From an uncultured bacterium (lineage in GTDB: Bacteria; JAGOEH01): a DNA stretch of 43,633 bases. The notes under the pieces are model-generated. The model was not told the DNA's origin. It saw only the letters and a program-made list of their open reading frames with translations, and did no database searches. Every line of letters begins with the position of its first letter. Positions within the stretch are counted from its first letter, which is position 1. A program made the position numbers and the translations under genes. Below, piece by piece: positions 19,135 to 27,900 of this stretch. The stretch lies in NCBI GenBank assembly GCA_964632485.1, contig CAZWDO010000005.1, forward strand, positions 208,249 through 251,881. The letters run 5' to 3'.

Positions 19135-19155
19135 TAACAGGCCGTCCAAAATTCA
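19135..19155 (+). repeat. IS-end-like sequence, imperfect direct repeat of 42259-42280
   Basis: TAACAGGCCGTCCA-AAATTCA versus TTAGAGTCCGTCCATAAATTCA (18 of 22 aligned positions). Confidence 0.45.
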
Positions 19156-19231
19156 GTCCGTGAAAATCCATGTTCAATACAATGAGTAAGACAGATACTT
19201 TCTGGGATAACTTTGAGGAAAAGTTTTTCAC

Positions 19232-19260
19232 TTGACTTTTAAATAGTAATTTTATATAAT
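19232..19260 (+). promoter_or_regulatory. Near-consensus sigma70 promoter pointing into the defence island
   Basis: TTGACT-N17-TATAAT. Confidence 0.7.
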
Positions 19261-19410
19261 ATTAATCATGGACAAATTATTGTATGTAAAGGTAAACAAC
19301 TGAAGAGAATAGGACTGGATGATTAAAAAATATCAGAAATAATTGAAACTCAAGCAATATAGCCCCTAAACCGTCCGATCCTATACTCACTGTTTCAACC
19401 TTTGTAATAC

Positions 19411-19438
19411 TGTCCAACATCGCTACGCTTGTTGGACA
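19411..19438. repeat. Perfect 9-bp inverted repeat upstream of the C5 MTase
   Basis: TGTCCAACA-N10-TGTTGGACA. Confidence 0.6.
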
Positions 19439-19569
19439 ATGGGAGGCTACAATTTTTTTGCTAATATACAATCGTGAACAGAAAGAAGTATATACTTGCC
19501 CATTAAGAATGCCCAACATACATGTAGGTTATATAAGAAAAAACTTAGGGTAAAGAAATAGTTATAACT

Positions 19570-20652
19570 ATGGATACAGCAAATAAAATTAAGACTAAAT
19601 TGAGAGTAAGCGCGGTGGATTTGTTTTGCGGTGCCGGAGGATTGACCCGTGGGCTCGAAAAATCGGGTATTGCCGTCAATCTTGGTATCGACATTGATCC
19701 GGCCTGTGAATACCCATATTCAGCAAACAATACCGCCAGCTTTCTCCTGAAATCTGTCAATGATGTAAACGCCTCCGAACTGCTGGACGCATACAAAGAT
19801 TCCCAATTGAAGTTACTGGCAGGTTGCGCGCCTTGCCAGACATTTTCTTCATATAACCAAAAGGCTGATTCATCGGATAAACGCTGGTGGCTGCTCCTGC
19901 AATTTTCACGTTTGATTCGAGAGACTGAGCCTGAACTGGTGACCATGGAAAACGTTCCAGGGTTGATGGATCAGGATGTTTTCAAGGAATTCGTTGCCGA
20001 TTTGAAAGCTCGGGACTATCACGTCGATTACAAAATCGTAAATTGCGCCGAATACGGTTTGCCCCAACAGCGGAACCGTTTGGTATTGCTCGCTTCGCAA
20101 TTAGGGCCGATCAAGTTGCTCAGCCCGAAGGAATTCAAGAGAAAAACCAAAACCGTCAAGGAGGCCATCGGGAAGCTGCCTGCAATCGAAGCGGGAGCTA
20201 TCGACTCGAAAGACCCACTGCACCAAAGCTCCAGCCTTTCCGAAACCAACTATCAGCGCATACTCGTTTCCAAACCGGGTGGAACATGGAGAGATTGGCC
20301 AGAGAAGCTCGTGGCTGATTGTCACAAGAAAATAAGCGGAAAGACCTACCCGAGTGTCTATGGACGTATGAGTTGGGACGAACCAGCTCCAACCATAACA
20401 ACTCAGTTTTTCGGCTTCGGTAATGGAAGGTTCGGACATCCCGAACAGAACAGAGCAATTTCACTGCGCGAAGGCGCGATACTCCAGAGTTTCCCCAAAA
20501 AATACAAATTCACGGCTCCCGGTGAGCCAATAAGCAAGAAGGCACTCGGTCGCCTTATAGGAAACGCCGTTCCCGTCAAACTCGGGGAACTCATCGGTAA
20601 AAGTATTTTGAAACATGTGTCGATATACGAAGCCACTGTTAGTAAGCTTTAG
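19570..20652 (+). CDS. DNA (cytosine-5)-methyltransferase (DrmMII-like role possible; resembles the M.HgiDII type from memory)
   Basis: DLFCGAGG (motif I), GCAPCQ (catalytic PC), ENV, PQ.R.R, LREGA.LQSFP and GNAVP motifs. Confidence 0.93.
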   Translation: MDTANKIKTKLRVSAVDLFCGAGGLTRGLEKSGIAVNLGIDIDPACEYPYSANNTASFLLKSVNDVNASELLDAYKDSQLKLLAGCAPCQTFSSYNQKADSSDKRWWLLLQFSRLIRETEPELVTMENVPGLMDQDVFKEFVADLKARDYHVDYKIVNCAEYGLPQQRNRLVLLASQLGPIKLLSPKEFKRKTKTVKEAIGKLPAIEAGAIDSKDPLHQSSSLSETNYQRILVSKPGGTWRDWPEKLVADCHKKISGKTYPSVYGRMSWDEPAPTITTQFFGFGNGRFGHPEQNRAISLREGAILQSFPKKYKFTAPGEPISKKALGRLIGNAVPVKLGELIGKSILKHVSIYEATVSKL

Positions 20653-23600
20653 ATGAAAGGCTCCATGAGAAACACTATCGATTGTTCCAAAAAATACATA
20701 TCCATTGCCACTGCGACTCCCGAACCCGGACAACTCGTCGAGGTTCGAAGACGCCAGTGGGTTGTCAGTGACGTTCAGGGACAATCCTTCGAATCCAACG
20801 GTGATCAGCAACATTTGGTGACCTTGTCCTCATTGGACGAGGACGCTCTGGGTGAAGAACTTCAGGTGGTCTGGCAGATAGAACCCGGAGCCCAGGTTCT
20901 CGAAAAGGCCGGAATGCCTCGAATTACCGGGATCGACTCGGAAGACAAATCGAATGCCTTTTTGGATGCCGTCCGTTGGGGTGCGGTGACGAATGCCGAT
21001 AGATCCTTCCTGCAGGCCCCGTTCCGGAGTGGAATAACCATAGAAGATTACCAGCTCGACCCATTGGTGCGAGCTATCGACATGGCGCGTGTCAATCTGC
21101 TTATAGCGGACGATGTCGGTCTGGGTAAAACCATCGAAGCTGGTCTCGTCGTACAGGAACTCCTTGTTCGACACCGAGCGAGAACGGTTTTTATTGTGTG
21201 TCCGGCATCTCTACTGGTCAAATGGCAGGTCGAGATGTGGGAAAAATTCGGGTTGGAATTCCGAATTGTCGATACCGATTACATCAAACAGTTGCGCCGT
21301 GAACGCGGCATACACGCCAACCCCTGGACTTCATTCCCAAGGCTCATCACTTCCATGGATTGGATGAAGTGTGATGAGGGGCTCCGACTTGTCAAGGATT
21401 GCCTGCCGCCGACCATCACCTATCCGAGAAAGTTTGACATTCTGATCATCGACGAAGCACACAATGTCGCGCCTTCGACCGCCGCGAAATATGCCATCGA
21501 AAGCCAGAGAACCCGTTTGATTAGGACTATCGCTCCGCATTTCGAACATAGGTTGTTTTTGAGTGCCACTCCGCACAATGGCTATCAGGAGTCCTTCACC
21601 TCATTGTTGGAACTGCTGGATGACCAGCGGTTCGCCCGATCCGTCATGCCGGATGAGAAACAGTTGCAGCGAGTGATGGTCAGACGTCTCAAGACCGATC
21701 TGGTCGATGCGGACGGGGACTCCTTGTATCCCAAAAGAAGGCTGATGCCTTTGGAAGTCGATTACTCGGATGAGGAACGCGAGATACACGATCTACTGAG
21801 ACAATTCACGGCCGCTCGTGCTCATAGCATCAAAGGCAGTTCCTTCGAATACGGCTCCGACTTCGTCCACAAGCTTTTGAAAAAGAGGCTTTTCTCTTCC
21901 CCTATGGCTTTTGCCGGAACGCTGGCCAAGCACCGGGAGAGTTTAGAACGGCCCAGATCGAAACAAAAGATCGGTGTCATGGACGACAAAATCCTCAAAA
22001 AAGCCATCCTGAAGGCGGAAGAGGATTTTGCCAATGATCAGCTTTATGAAGATGCCCAATACGAAGCGGTGGAAGCTGCCGGTGAATTGTCGCCTCCGCT
22101 TGATCAGGAACAACGGCAGATGCTCGACAGACTGACAGCATGGGCCGAAAAGTCGAAAAACCGGGTGGATGCCAAAGCGACGGCCATCGTCGATTGGCTT
22201 GAAATACATTTGAAAACCGACGGCGAGTGGAACGGGAAACGGGTGATCCTTTTCACCGAGTTCAGGGCGACGCATGTCTGGATGGAACAAATCCTGACCA
22301 CTCATGGCTTCGGTGGAGAACACATGATGCTGATGCATGGCGGTGTCGACCAGAAAGATCGTGAAAAGATCAAGGCCGCCTTTCAGGCCCATCCGGATAT
22401 TTCACCCGTCAGAATACTGTTAGCCACCGATGCGGCCTCCGAAGGGATCGACCTGCAAAACTACTGTAATTACATGATTCATATCGAAATCCCGTGGAAC
22501 CCGAATGTCATGGAACAGCGGAACGGTCGAATCGATCGACACGGGCAAAAAGAATCCGAGGTGTTTATCTGGCATCCGGTTGGAAAAGGTTTTGAATCGA
22601 ACAAATCCATCCATTCGAAAAAAGTCGGGCAGATAGAAGGCGACCACGAATATTTGATGAGAGCGGTGCTCAAGATCGATACCATCCGGGAAGATCTCGG
22701 AAGCGTCGGTCCGGTCATCGCCCAGCAAATAGAAGAAGCCATGCTGGGCAAAAGAACGGTTCTCGATACCGCCGATGCAGAAGGCAAGGCCGCGAAGGCC
22801 AGAAAATATGTATCTGCCGAGCGTCGACTTCAGGAAAAGATAGGCAAGTTGCATGAAAGGCTCATGGAGGCGAAAACCGACTTCCATCTTTCTTCCGAGC
22901 ATATTTACAGAGCCGTTTCCATCGCGTTGGAACTCGCGGAAAAGCCACCGCTGAAACAGGCCTCTCTGTCCGGAACATCTTATGGCAGCGTTTTTAAGGT
23001 TCCAGTTCTGCCCGGTTCGTGGGGACGCGCCGCGGCTGGGCTGGAGCATCCACACACGGGTGAAAGGAGGCCGATAACCTTCGATCACGAAGTTGCCAAA
23101 GGCCGCGATGATGTTGTCTTGGCCCACCTGAATCATCGACTGGTCCAGATGTGTCTTCGACTCTTGCGGGAAGAACTCTGGAAACTGGATGACGTGAAAA
23201 AACTTCACCGGGTGAGTGTCAAGGCCGTTTCCGACAAGGAACTGGAAACGCCTGCCGTGCTTGTCTGGTCCCGTCTGGTCATCACCGGAGGTGACCATCA
23301 CCGCTTGCACGAAGAGATAACGATCTCGGGTGGTGAACTCAAACACACCGGGTTTTCGAGAATTCCCCAACAAGGCCGACTGCAGGATTTGTTGGACAAG
23401 GCTGTGACGTTCGAACCGAAAGGCGGTCTTCTGGATATCCTGACCGAGCGCTTCGAAAAACAGGAGAGCTCCATTCGTGCCACGATGGAAGCCCGTTCGA
23501 AAGACAGACTTCGTTTCCTTGAAAACACGTTAGCGCGTCGTAGGGATGGCGAGATAACCGATTTGACGAACGTCCTCAATGAACTCGAGAAAACGATAAA

Positions 23601-23874
23601 GAATGAACTTAAAGATGATGGTCTCCCTAAACAAATGGTTCTTTCCGGGTTCGAGCCCGAGGAGCGTAACCAGATTAGCAAGGACATAGAAGCCCTGAAA
23701 ATGAGGCTGTCGAGAATTCCCGAAGAGCGGGAAATGGAAAAAGCAGCGATAGAGAAACGTTACGCAGGATTGACCGACCGAACCTTCCCGATAGCCGTGG
23801 TCTTTCTAGTTCCAGGAAAAATACTCGAGGATAAAAGCGGAAGATTTGAGGTTGAGGTAGGAGGCGCGTCATGA
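20653..23874 (+). CDS. drmD: DISARM SNF2-like helicase DrmD
   Basis: ADDVGLGKT, IIDEAH, SATPH and QRNGRIDR motifs. N-terminal PGQLVEVRRRQWVV. Context with drmMI/A/B/C. Confidence 0.9.
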   Translation: MKGSMRNTIDCSKKYISIATATPEPGQLVEVRRRQWVVSDVQGQSFESNGDQQHLVTLSSLDEDALGEELQVVWQIEPGAQVLEKAGMPRITGIDSEDKSNAFLDAVRWGAVTNADRSFLQAPFRSGITIEDYQLDPLVRAIDMARVNLLIADDVGLGKTIEAGLVVQELLVRHRARTVFIVCPASLLVKWQVEMWEKFGLEFRIVDTDYIKQLRRERGIHANPWTSFPRLITSMDWMKCDEGLRLVKDCLPPTITYPRKFDILIIDEAHNVAPSTAAKYAIESQRTRLIRTIAPHFEHRLFLSATPHNGYQESFTSLLELLDDQRFARSVMPDEKQLQRVMVRRLKTDLVDADGDSLYPKRRLMPLEVDYSDEEREIHDLLRQFTAARAHSIKGSSFEYGSDFVHKLLKKRLFSSPMAFAGTLAKHRESLERPRSKQKIGVMDDKILKKAILKAEEDFANDQLYEDAQYEAVEAAGELSPPLDQEQRQMLDRLTAWAEKSKNRVDAKATAIVDWLEIHLKTDGEWNGKRVILFTEFRATHVWMEQILTTHGFGGEHMMLMHGGVDQKDREKIKAAFQAHPDISPVRILLATDAASEGIDLQNYCNYMIHIEIPWNPNVMEQRNGRIDRHGQKESEVFIWHPVGKGFESNKSIHSKKVGQIEGDHEYLMRAVLKIDTIREDLGSVGPVIAQQIEEAMLGKRTVLDTADAEGKAAKARKYVSAERRLQEKIGKLHERLMEAKTDFHLSSEHIYRAVSIALELAEKPPLKQASLSGTSYGSVFKVPVLPGSWGRAAAGLEHPHTGERRPITFDHEVAKGRDDVVLAHLNHRLVQMCLRLLREELWKLDDVKKLHRVSVKAVSDKELETPAVLVWSRLVITGGDHHRLHEEITISGGELKHTGFSRIPQQGRLQDLLDKAVTFEPKGGLLDILTERFEKQESSIRATMEARSKDRLRFLENTLARRRDGEITDLTNVLNELEKTIKNELKDDGLPKQMVLSGFEPEERNQISKDIEALKMRLSRIPEEREMEKAAIEKRYAGLTDRTFPIAVVFLVPGKILEDKSGRFEVEVGGAS
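23828..23855 (+). repeat. Degenerate 7-bp tandem array, AGGATGA type (left arm before rhuM)
   Basis: AGGATAA-AAGCGGA-AGATTTG-AGGTTGA. Confidence 0.55.
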
Positions 23875-24914
23875 AAAACCGCTGTGAAATGAATCCGGCG
23901 CAAGGCACGCTGCTGGTTTATCGGGGCAATGACGGGGCGATGAAACTGGAAGTCCGGCTTCAGAACGAGACCATCTGGCTGACCATCAATCAGATGGCGG
24001 AACTTTTCGGAGTCGATAAATCCGGTATCAGCAGACATTTGAAGAATATCTTCAAAAGTGCAGAATTGCTTAGAGAGGCAACCGTTGCAAAATTTGCAAC
24101 AGTTCAAAATGAAGGAAATCGCCATGTCGTCCGTGAACTGGAATACTACAACCTCGATGCCATTATTTCGGTCGGCTATCGCGTGAACAGTATTCGCGGT
24201 ACTCAATTTCGTATCTGGGCAACGGAACGTCTCAAGGAATACATCGTCAAGGGTTTCGCCATGGACGACGAGCGGCTCAAAAACCCGGAAGGCGGTCGTT
24301 ATTTCGAAGAATTGCTGGCGCGTATCCGGGACATCCGCTCTTCGGAAAAGATATTTTGGCGCAAGGTGCTCGATATCTATGCCACCAGCATAGACTACGA
24401 TCCGAATGCAGAGACTTCGAAGCTGTTTTTTAAACAGGTACAAAACAAGATGCATTGGGCGGCGCATGGCCATACCGCCGCCGAACTGATTTACCAGCGC
24501 GCCGATTCCAGTCGGCCGAATATGGGAATCACCAATTATCCTGGCAACAAACTACTCAAACGAGATGTGGAAATTGGCAAAAACTATTTATCCGAAGAAG
24601 AATTGAATATCCTCAACCGCATCGTTACCGCCTACCTTGAAGTGGCGGAAATCCAAGCGCTAAACCGGAATCCAATGACGATGCAGGACTGGATTGAACG
24701 ACTTCATCAATTCCTGGCCATGACGGGCCGTGAATTGTTGAGTCATGCGGGTCGCATCAGCAATGAAATGGCTATGCGAAAAGCGCATGAGGAGTATGAA
24801 AAATTCGGAAAGAAACTATTAGAAAAACCGACTGAAGTGGAAAAACATTTCATTGAGGCCGAAAAGGAGTTTAAACGAATCGAAGCTTCTAAAAGGAAAG
24901 GCCGCGACCAATGA
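23871..24914 (+). CDS. RhuM-family (virulence RhuM / COG3943-like) protein
   Basis: ETIWLT..QMAELF, YYNLDAIISVGYRVNS.RGTQFRIWA, LLARIRDIRSSEK and QNKMHWAAHGHTAAE motifs. Confidence 0.9.
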   Translation: MKNRCEMNPAQGTLLVYRGNDGAMKLEVRLQNETIWLTINQMAELFGVDKSGISRHLKNIFKSAELLREATVAKFATVQNEGNRHVVRELEYYNLDAIISVGYRVNSIRGTQFRIWATERLKEYIVKGFAMDDERLKNPEGGRYFEELLARIRDIRSSEKIFWRKVLDIYATSIDYDPNAETSKLFFKQVQNKMHWAAHGHTAAELIYQRADSSRPNMGITNYPGNKLLKRDVEIGKNYLSEEELNILNRIVTAYLEVAEIQALNRNPMTMQDWIERLHQFLAMTGRELLSHAGRISNEMAMRKAHEEYEKFGKKLLEKPTEVEKHFIEAEKEFKRIEASKRKGRDQ

Positions 24915-27900
24915 AAAAATCATTCTTCCGCCTTCGTCCTTCATCCCACCAAGAGTGGCTCTCAATGATCGAAGTGTCAGGTTCTTTTCTGGCTGTATCA
25001 GTGCTGGAAAAGATTTTCCCGCAGGGACTGGAGTCGCTGGAAACCTACAGAAAGAAACGCATCCGCTCCGCATACGAAGAGTGGCGTGATGCCGTCGAGG
25101 AAGACGATCCGCAGCTTCCAGAATTGCACCGGGCTTGGATCGGGCTGGTGCTCGAAGAACTGCTGGAATACGAGGATTCGATTCTCGAGGCCGCATCCGA
25201 TAAGTTTATTTACAAGTCTCCGGACGGGGATGGCCAATTCAAGCCCGACTTTGTCTTGAAGGGCGATGGTGAAAATAACCCGATGTTGTTCGTATCTATC
25301 ATGCCCGAGGGTACGGATCTGGAAAAGGTGAAGGTCGGCGATGGCTGGCCGGTTCCGGTTTTCGAACGTATGACTCTGCTGTGCCGTGACAAGAGAGTCC
25401 GGCTCGGAGTCGTCACCAATGGTGAGCGCTGGATGTTGGTGAACGCCCCGGTGGGCAGCACCTCGTCCCATGTGTCTTGGTATGCCCGTCTCTGGTTTCA
25501 GGAACCGGTGACCTTGAAGGCGTTTCAGTCTTTGTTGGGGGTTCGGCGCTGGTTCGGTCCCGAAGAGGAGACCCTTCCTGCCATGCTCGAAGATTCTCTT
25601 CAGCATCACGAAGAAGTCACGGATACCCTCGGCGAACAGGTCAAGCGTGCTGTCGAAATGCTCGTTCAGTGTCTGGACAAGGCCGATCAGGATAGAAACC
25701 GTGAACTCCTGCACGATGTTCCTCCTGCGGAACTGTACGAAGCCGGATTGACGGTGATGATGCGGCTGGTTTTCGTTTTGTGCGCCGAAGAACGCGGTCT
25801 TTTGCTGCTTGGAGATTCGATCTATGATCAATATTACGCCATCAGCACCTTGCGCGGACAACTCGCTGAAGAGGCCGACCAACACGGCCATGAAGTGCTG
25901 GAAAGAAGGCATGATGCCTGGACGCGGTTGCTCGCCGTATTTCGTGCTGTCTATGGCGGCATCGAACATGAATCCCTGCGAATGCCCGCACTGGGTGGAT
26001 CGCTTTTCGATCCTGACCGTTTTCCGTTTCTCGAGGGCCGTGCCAAAGGAACACACTGGCAGGAGACACCTGCACAGCCACTTCCGATAGACAACCGAAC
26101 CGTGTTGCTGCTGCTCGAAGCGTTGCAGGTCTTGGAACAGCGAGGCGGAGCACTGCTGCTCTCCTACAAGGCGCTGGATGTCGAACAGATCGGCCATGTC
26201 TATGAAGGTCTGTTGGAGCATACCGTTCGCAGGCTGAAAAAAGATACCCTCGGGCTGATCGGCTCCCAGAAAGCGAAGAATCCAAACCTAACACTCGCAG
26301 AACTCGAATCGGCTCGGTTGGACGGTGACGAAGCGGTGACATCCATCGTCGAAACCTCCACGCAGAGAAGCAGGAGCGCTATATCCAATGCGCTGGCCAA
26401 GGAGGTGGACGATGCCACCTTCGGCAAGATTGTCACGGTCTGCGGTGGCGACATGGAACTGGCCGCACGCCTGAAACCGTTTGCACACCTGCTTCGAACC
26501 GATGCCTGGGGAGACTTCATCGTTTACCATGCGCATTCCTTTGCCGTCACCCTCGGTGCGGACAGACGGGAAACCGGTACCCACTACACCCCGAAATCCT
26601 TGACGGAAAGCATCGTCAAAACGACGCTCGAACCGGTCGCTTACGTCGGACCAGCCGAAGGCAATCCGCGTGAAGAGTGGACGCTGAAGTCATCTGCCGA
26701 ACTGCTGGAACTAAAAATCTGCGACCCGGCCATGGGCTCCGGAGCCTTTCTCGTTCAGGTCTGCCGCTGGTTGTCCGAACGGCTGGTCGAAGCGTGGGGC
26801 AAGGAAGCGGGTCAAGGGAAATTCATCTCCGTGGATGGTGTCGCGCTGGAATCGGCAGGCAGTGCCGAACCGATGCCCGACTCGCTGGACGAACGATTGT
26901 TGATCGCCCGTCGTCTGGTTGCGGAAAAATGCCTGTATGGTGTCGACCTGAATCCGCTGGCCGTGGAGCTGGCCAAGCTGTCTATATGGCTGATTACCTT
27001 GGCCAAGGGCAGACCCTTCGGCTTTCTCGATCACAACTTGAGGTCTGGCGACAGCCTGCTCGGGCTTCATAAGCTGGAACAGCTCTACTGCTTCGATCTC
27101 CATGCCGATAACAAAACACCCAAGAAACTCTTCGCGCAGAAGATTGAGGAGCAAATTAAAGAGGCTCTGGCTCTCCGCAAACAACTCCGAGAAATACCAA
27201 TCCGGGATATCCGGGACGTTCAATACATGGAACGACTCGATCAAGAGGCGCGGCAAAAGCTCGAACATATCGAACACATTGCCGACGCCATGATCGGAGA
27301 AGCCTTGGCATCCGGCGGAAACCAGCAAGCGCTGGATAATGCCATGGACAACCTGTCCACTTGGGCGGTCGCCTATATTGAAGGCAACAACGAGACCGGA
27401 CGGAAGATCATTGCCGAGGCCAGAAAGTCACTGTCCATAGACCTACCGGCAGGCAAACCACCACGAAAGCCTTTCCATTGGGCATTGGAATTTCCTGAGG
27501 TTTTCGAAAATAACGGCTTTGATGCAGTCGTTGGGAATCCTCCATTTCTTGGCAATCGTTTATGGCGAAGTGCCATGGGTGAAAGGTTCCAATGGCAATG
27601 TCAATTAGTTGTTGGCAGCGCACTTGGAAAAATCGATTTATGCGTAGTTTTTCACAGAAGAGTCGCTGAGCTGCTTAAAACATCAAGCACTTATGGCTTG
27701 CTGGCCACCAGCAACATATCCGAAGGCAGTGCCATTGCTGTTGGGTTAAGTGAGATAGTGAAAAATGGGGATATTTATTTTTCAAGAAAGGGAATGGCTT
27801 GGCCGGGCAAGGCAGCAGTAATAGTTGCTGTTGTGTGTTTCTATAAATCAAAGTGGAGCGGGTGCAGAGATTCTGATGGCCAAAACTGTGATCGTATTGG

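Noticed and set aside
19277-19519. 80-aa minus-strand ORF in the island leader
   Set aside because: AT-rich, no recognisable motif, overlaps promoter/leader elements on the other strand. Probably spurious.
18990-19570. tRNA/att site or integrase at the island boundary
   Set aside because: No tRNA-like sequence or recombinase ORF is visible in the window.
19570-20652. Assigning GTCGAC specificity to the C5 MTase from its resemblance to M.HgiDII
   Set aside because: The resemblance is from memory only, and site counts by eye are too unreliable to show avoidance. It needs REBASE alignment and methylome data.
22420-27328. Long antisense ORFs (e.g. 22420-23373, 23760-24473, 24998-26221, 26711-27328)
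   Set aside because: They lie opposite well-supported genes and are typical shadow ORFs of GC-rich coding sequence, with no motifs.
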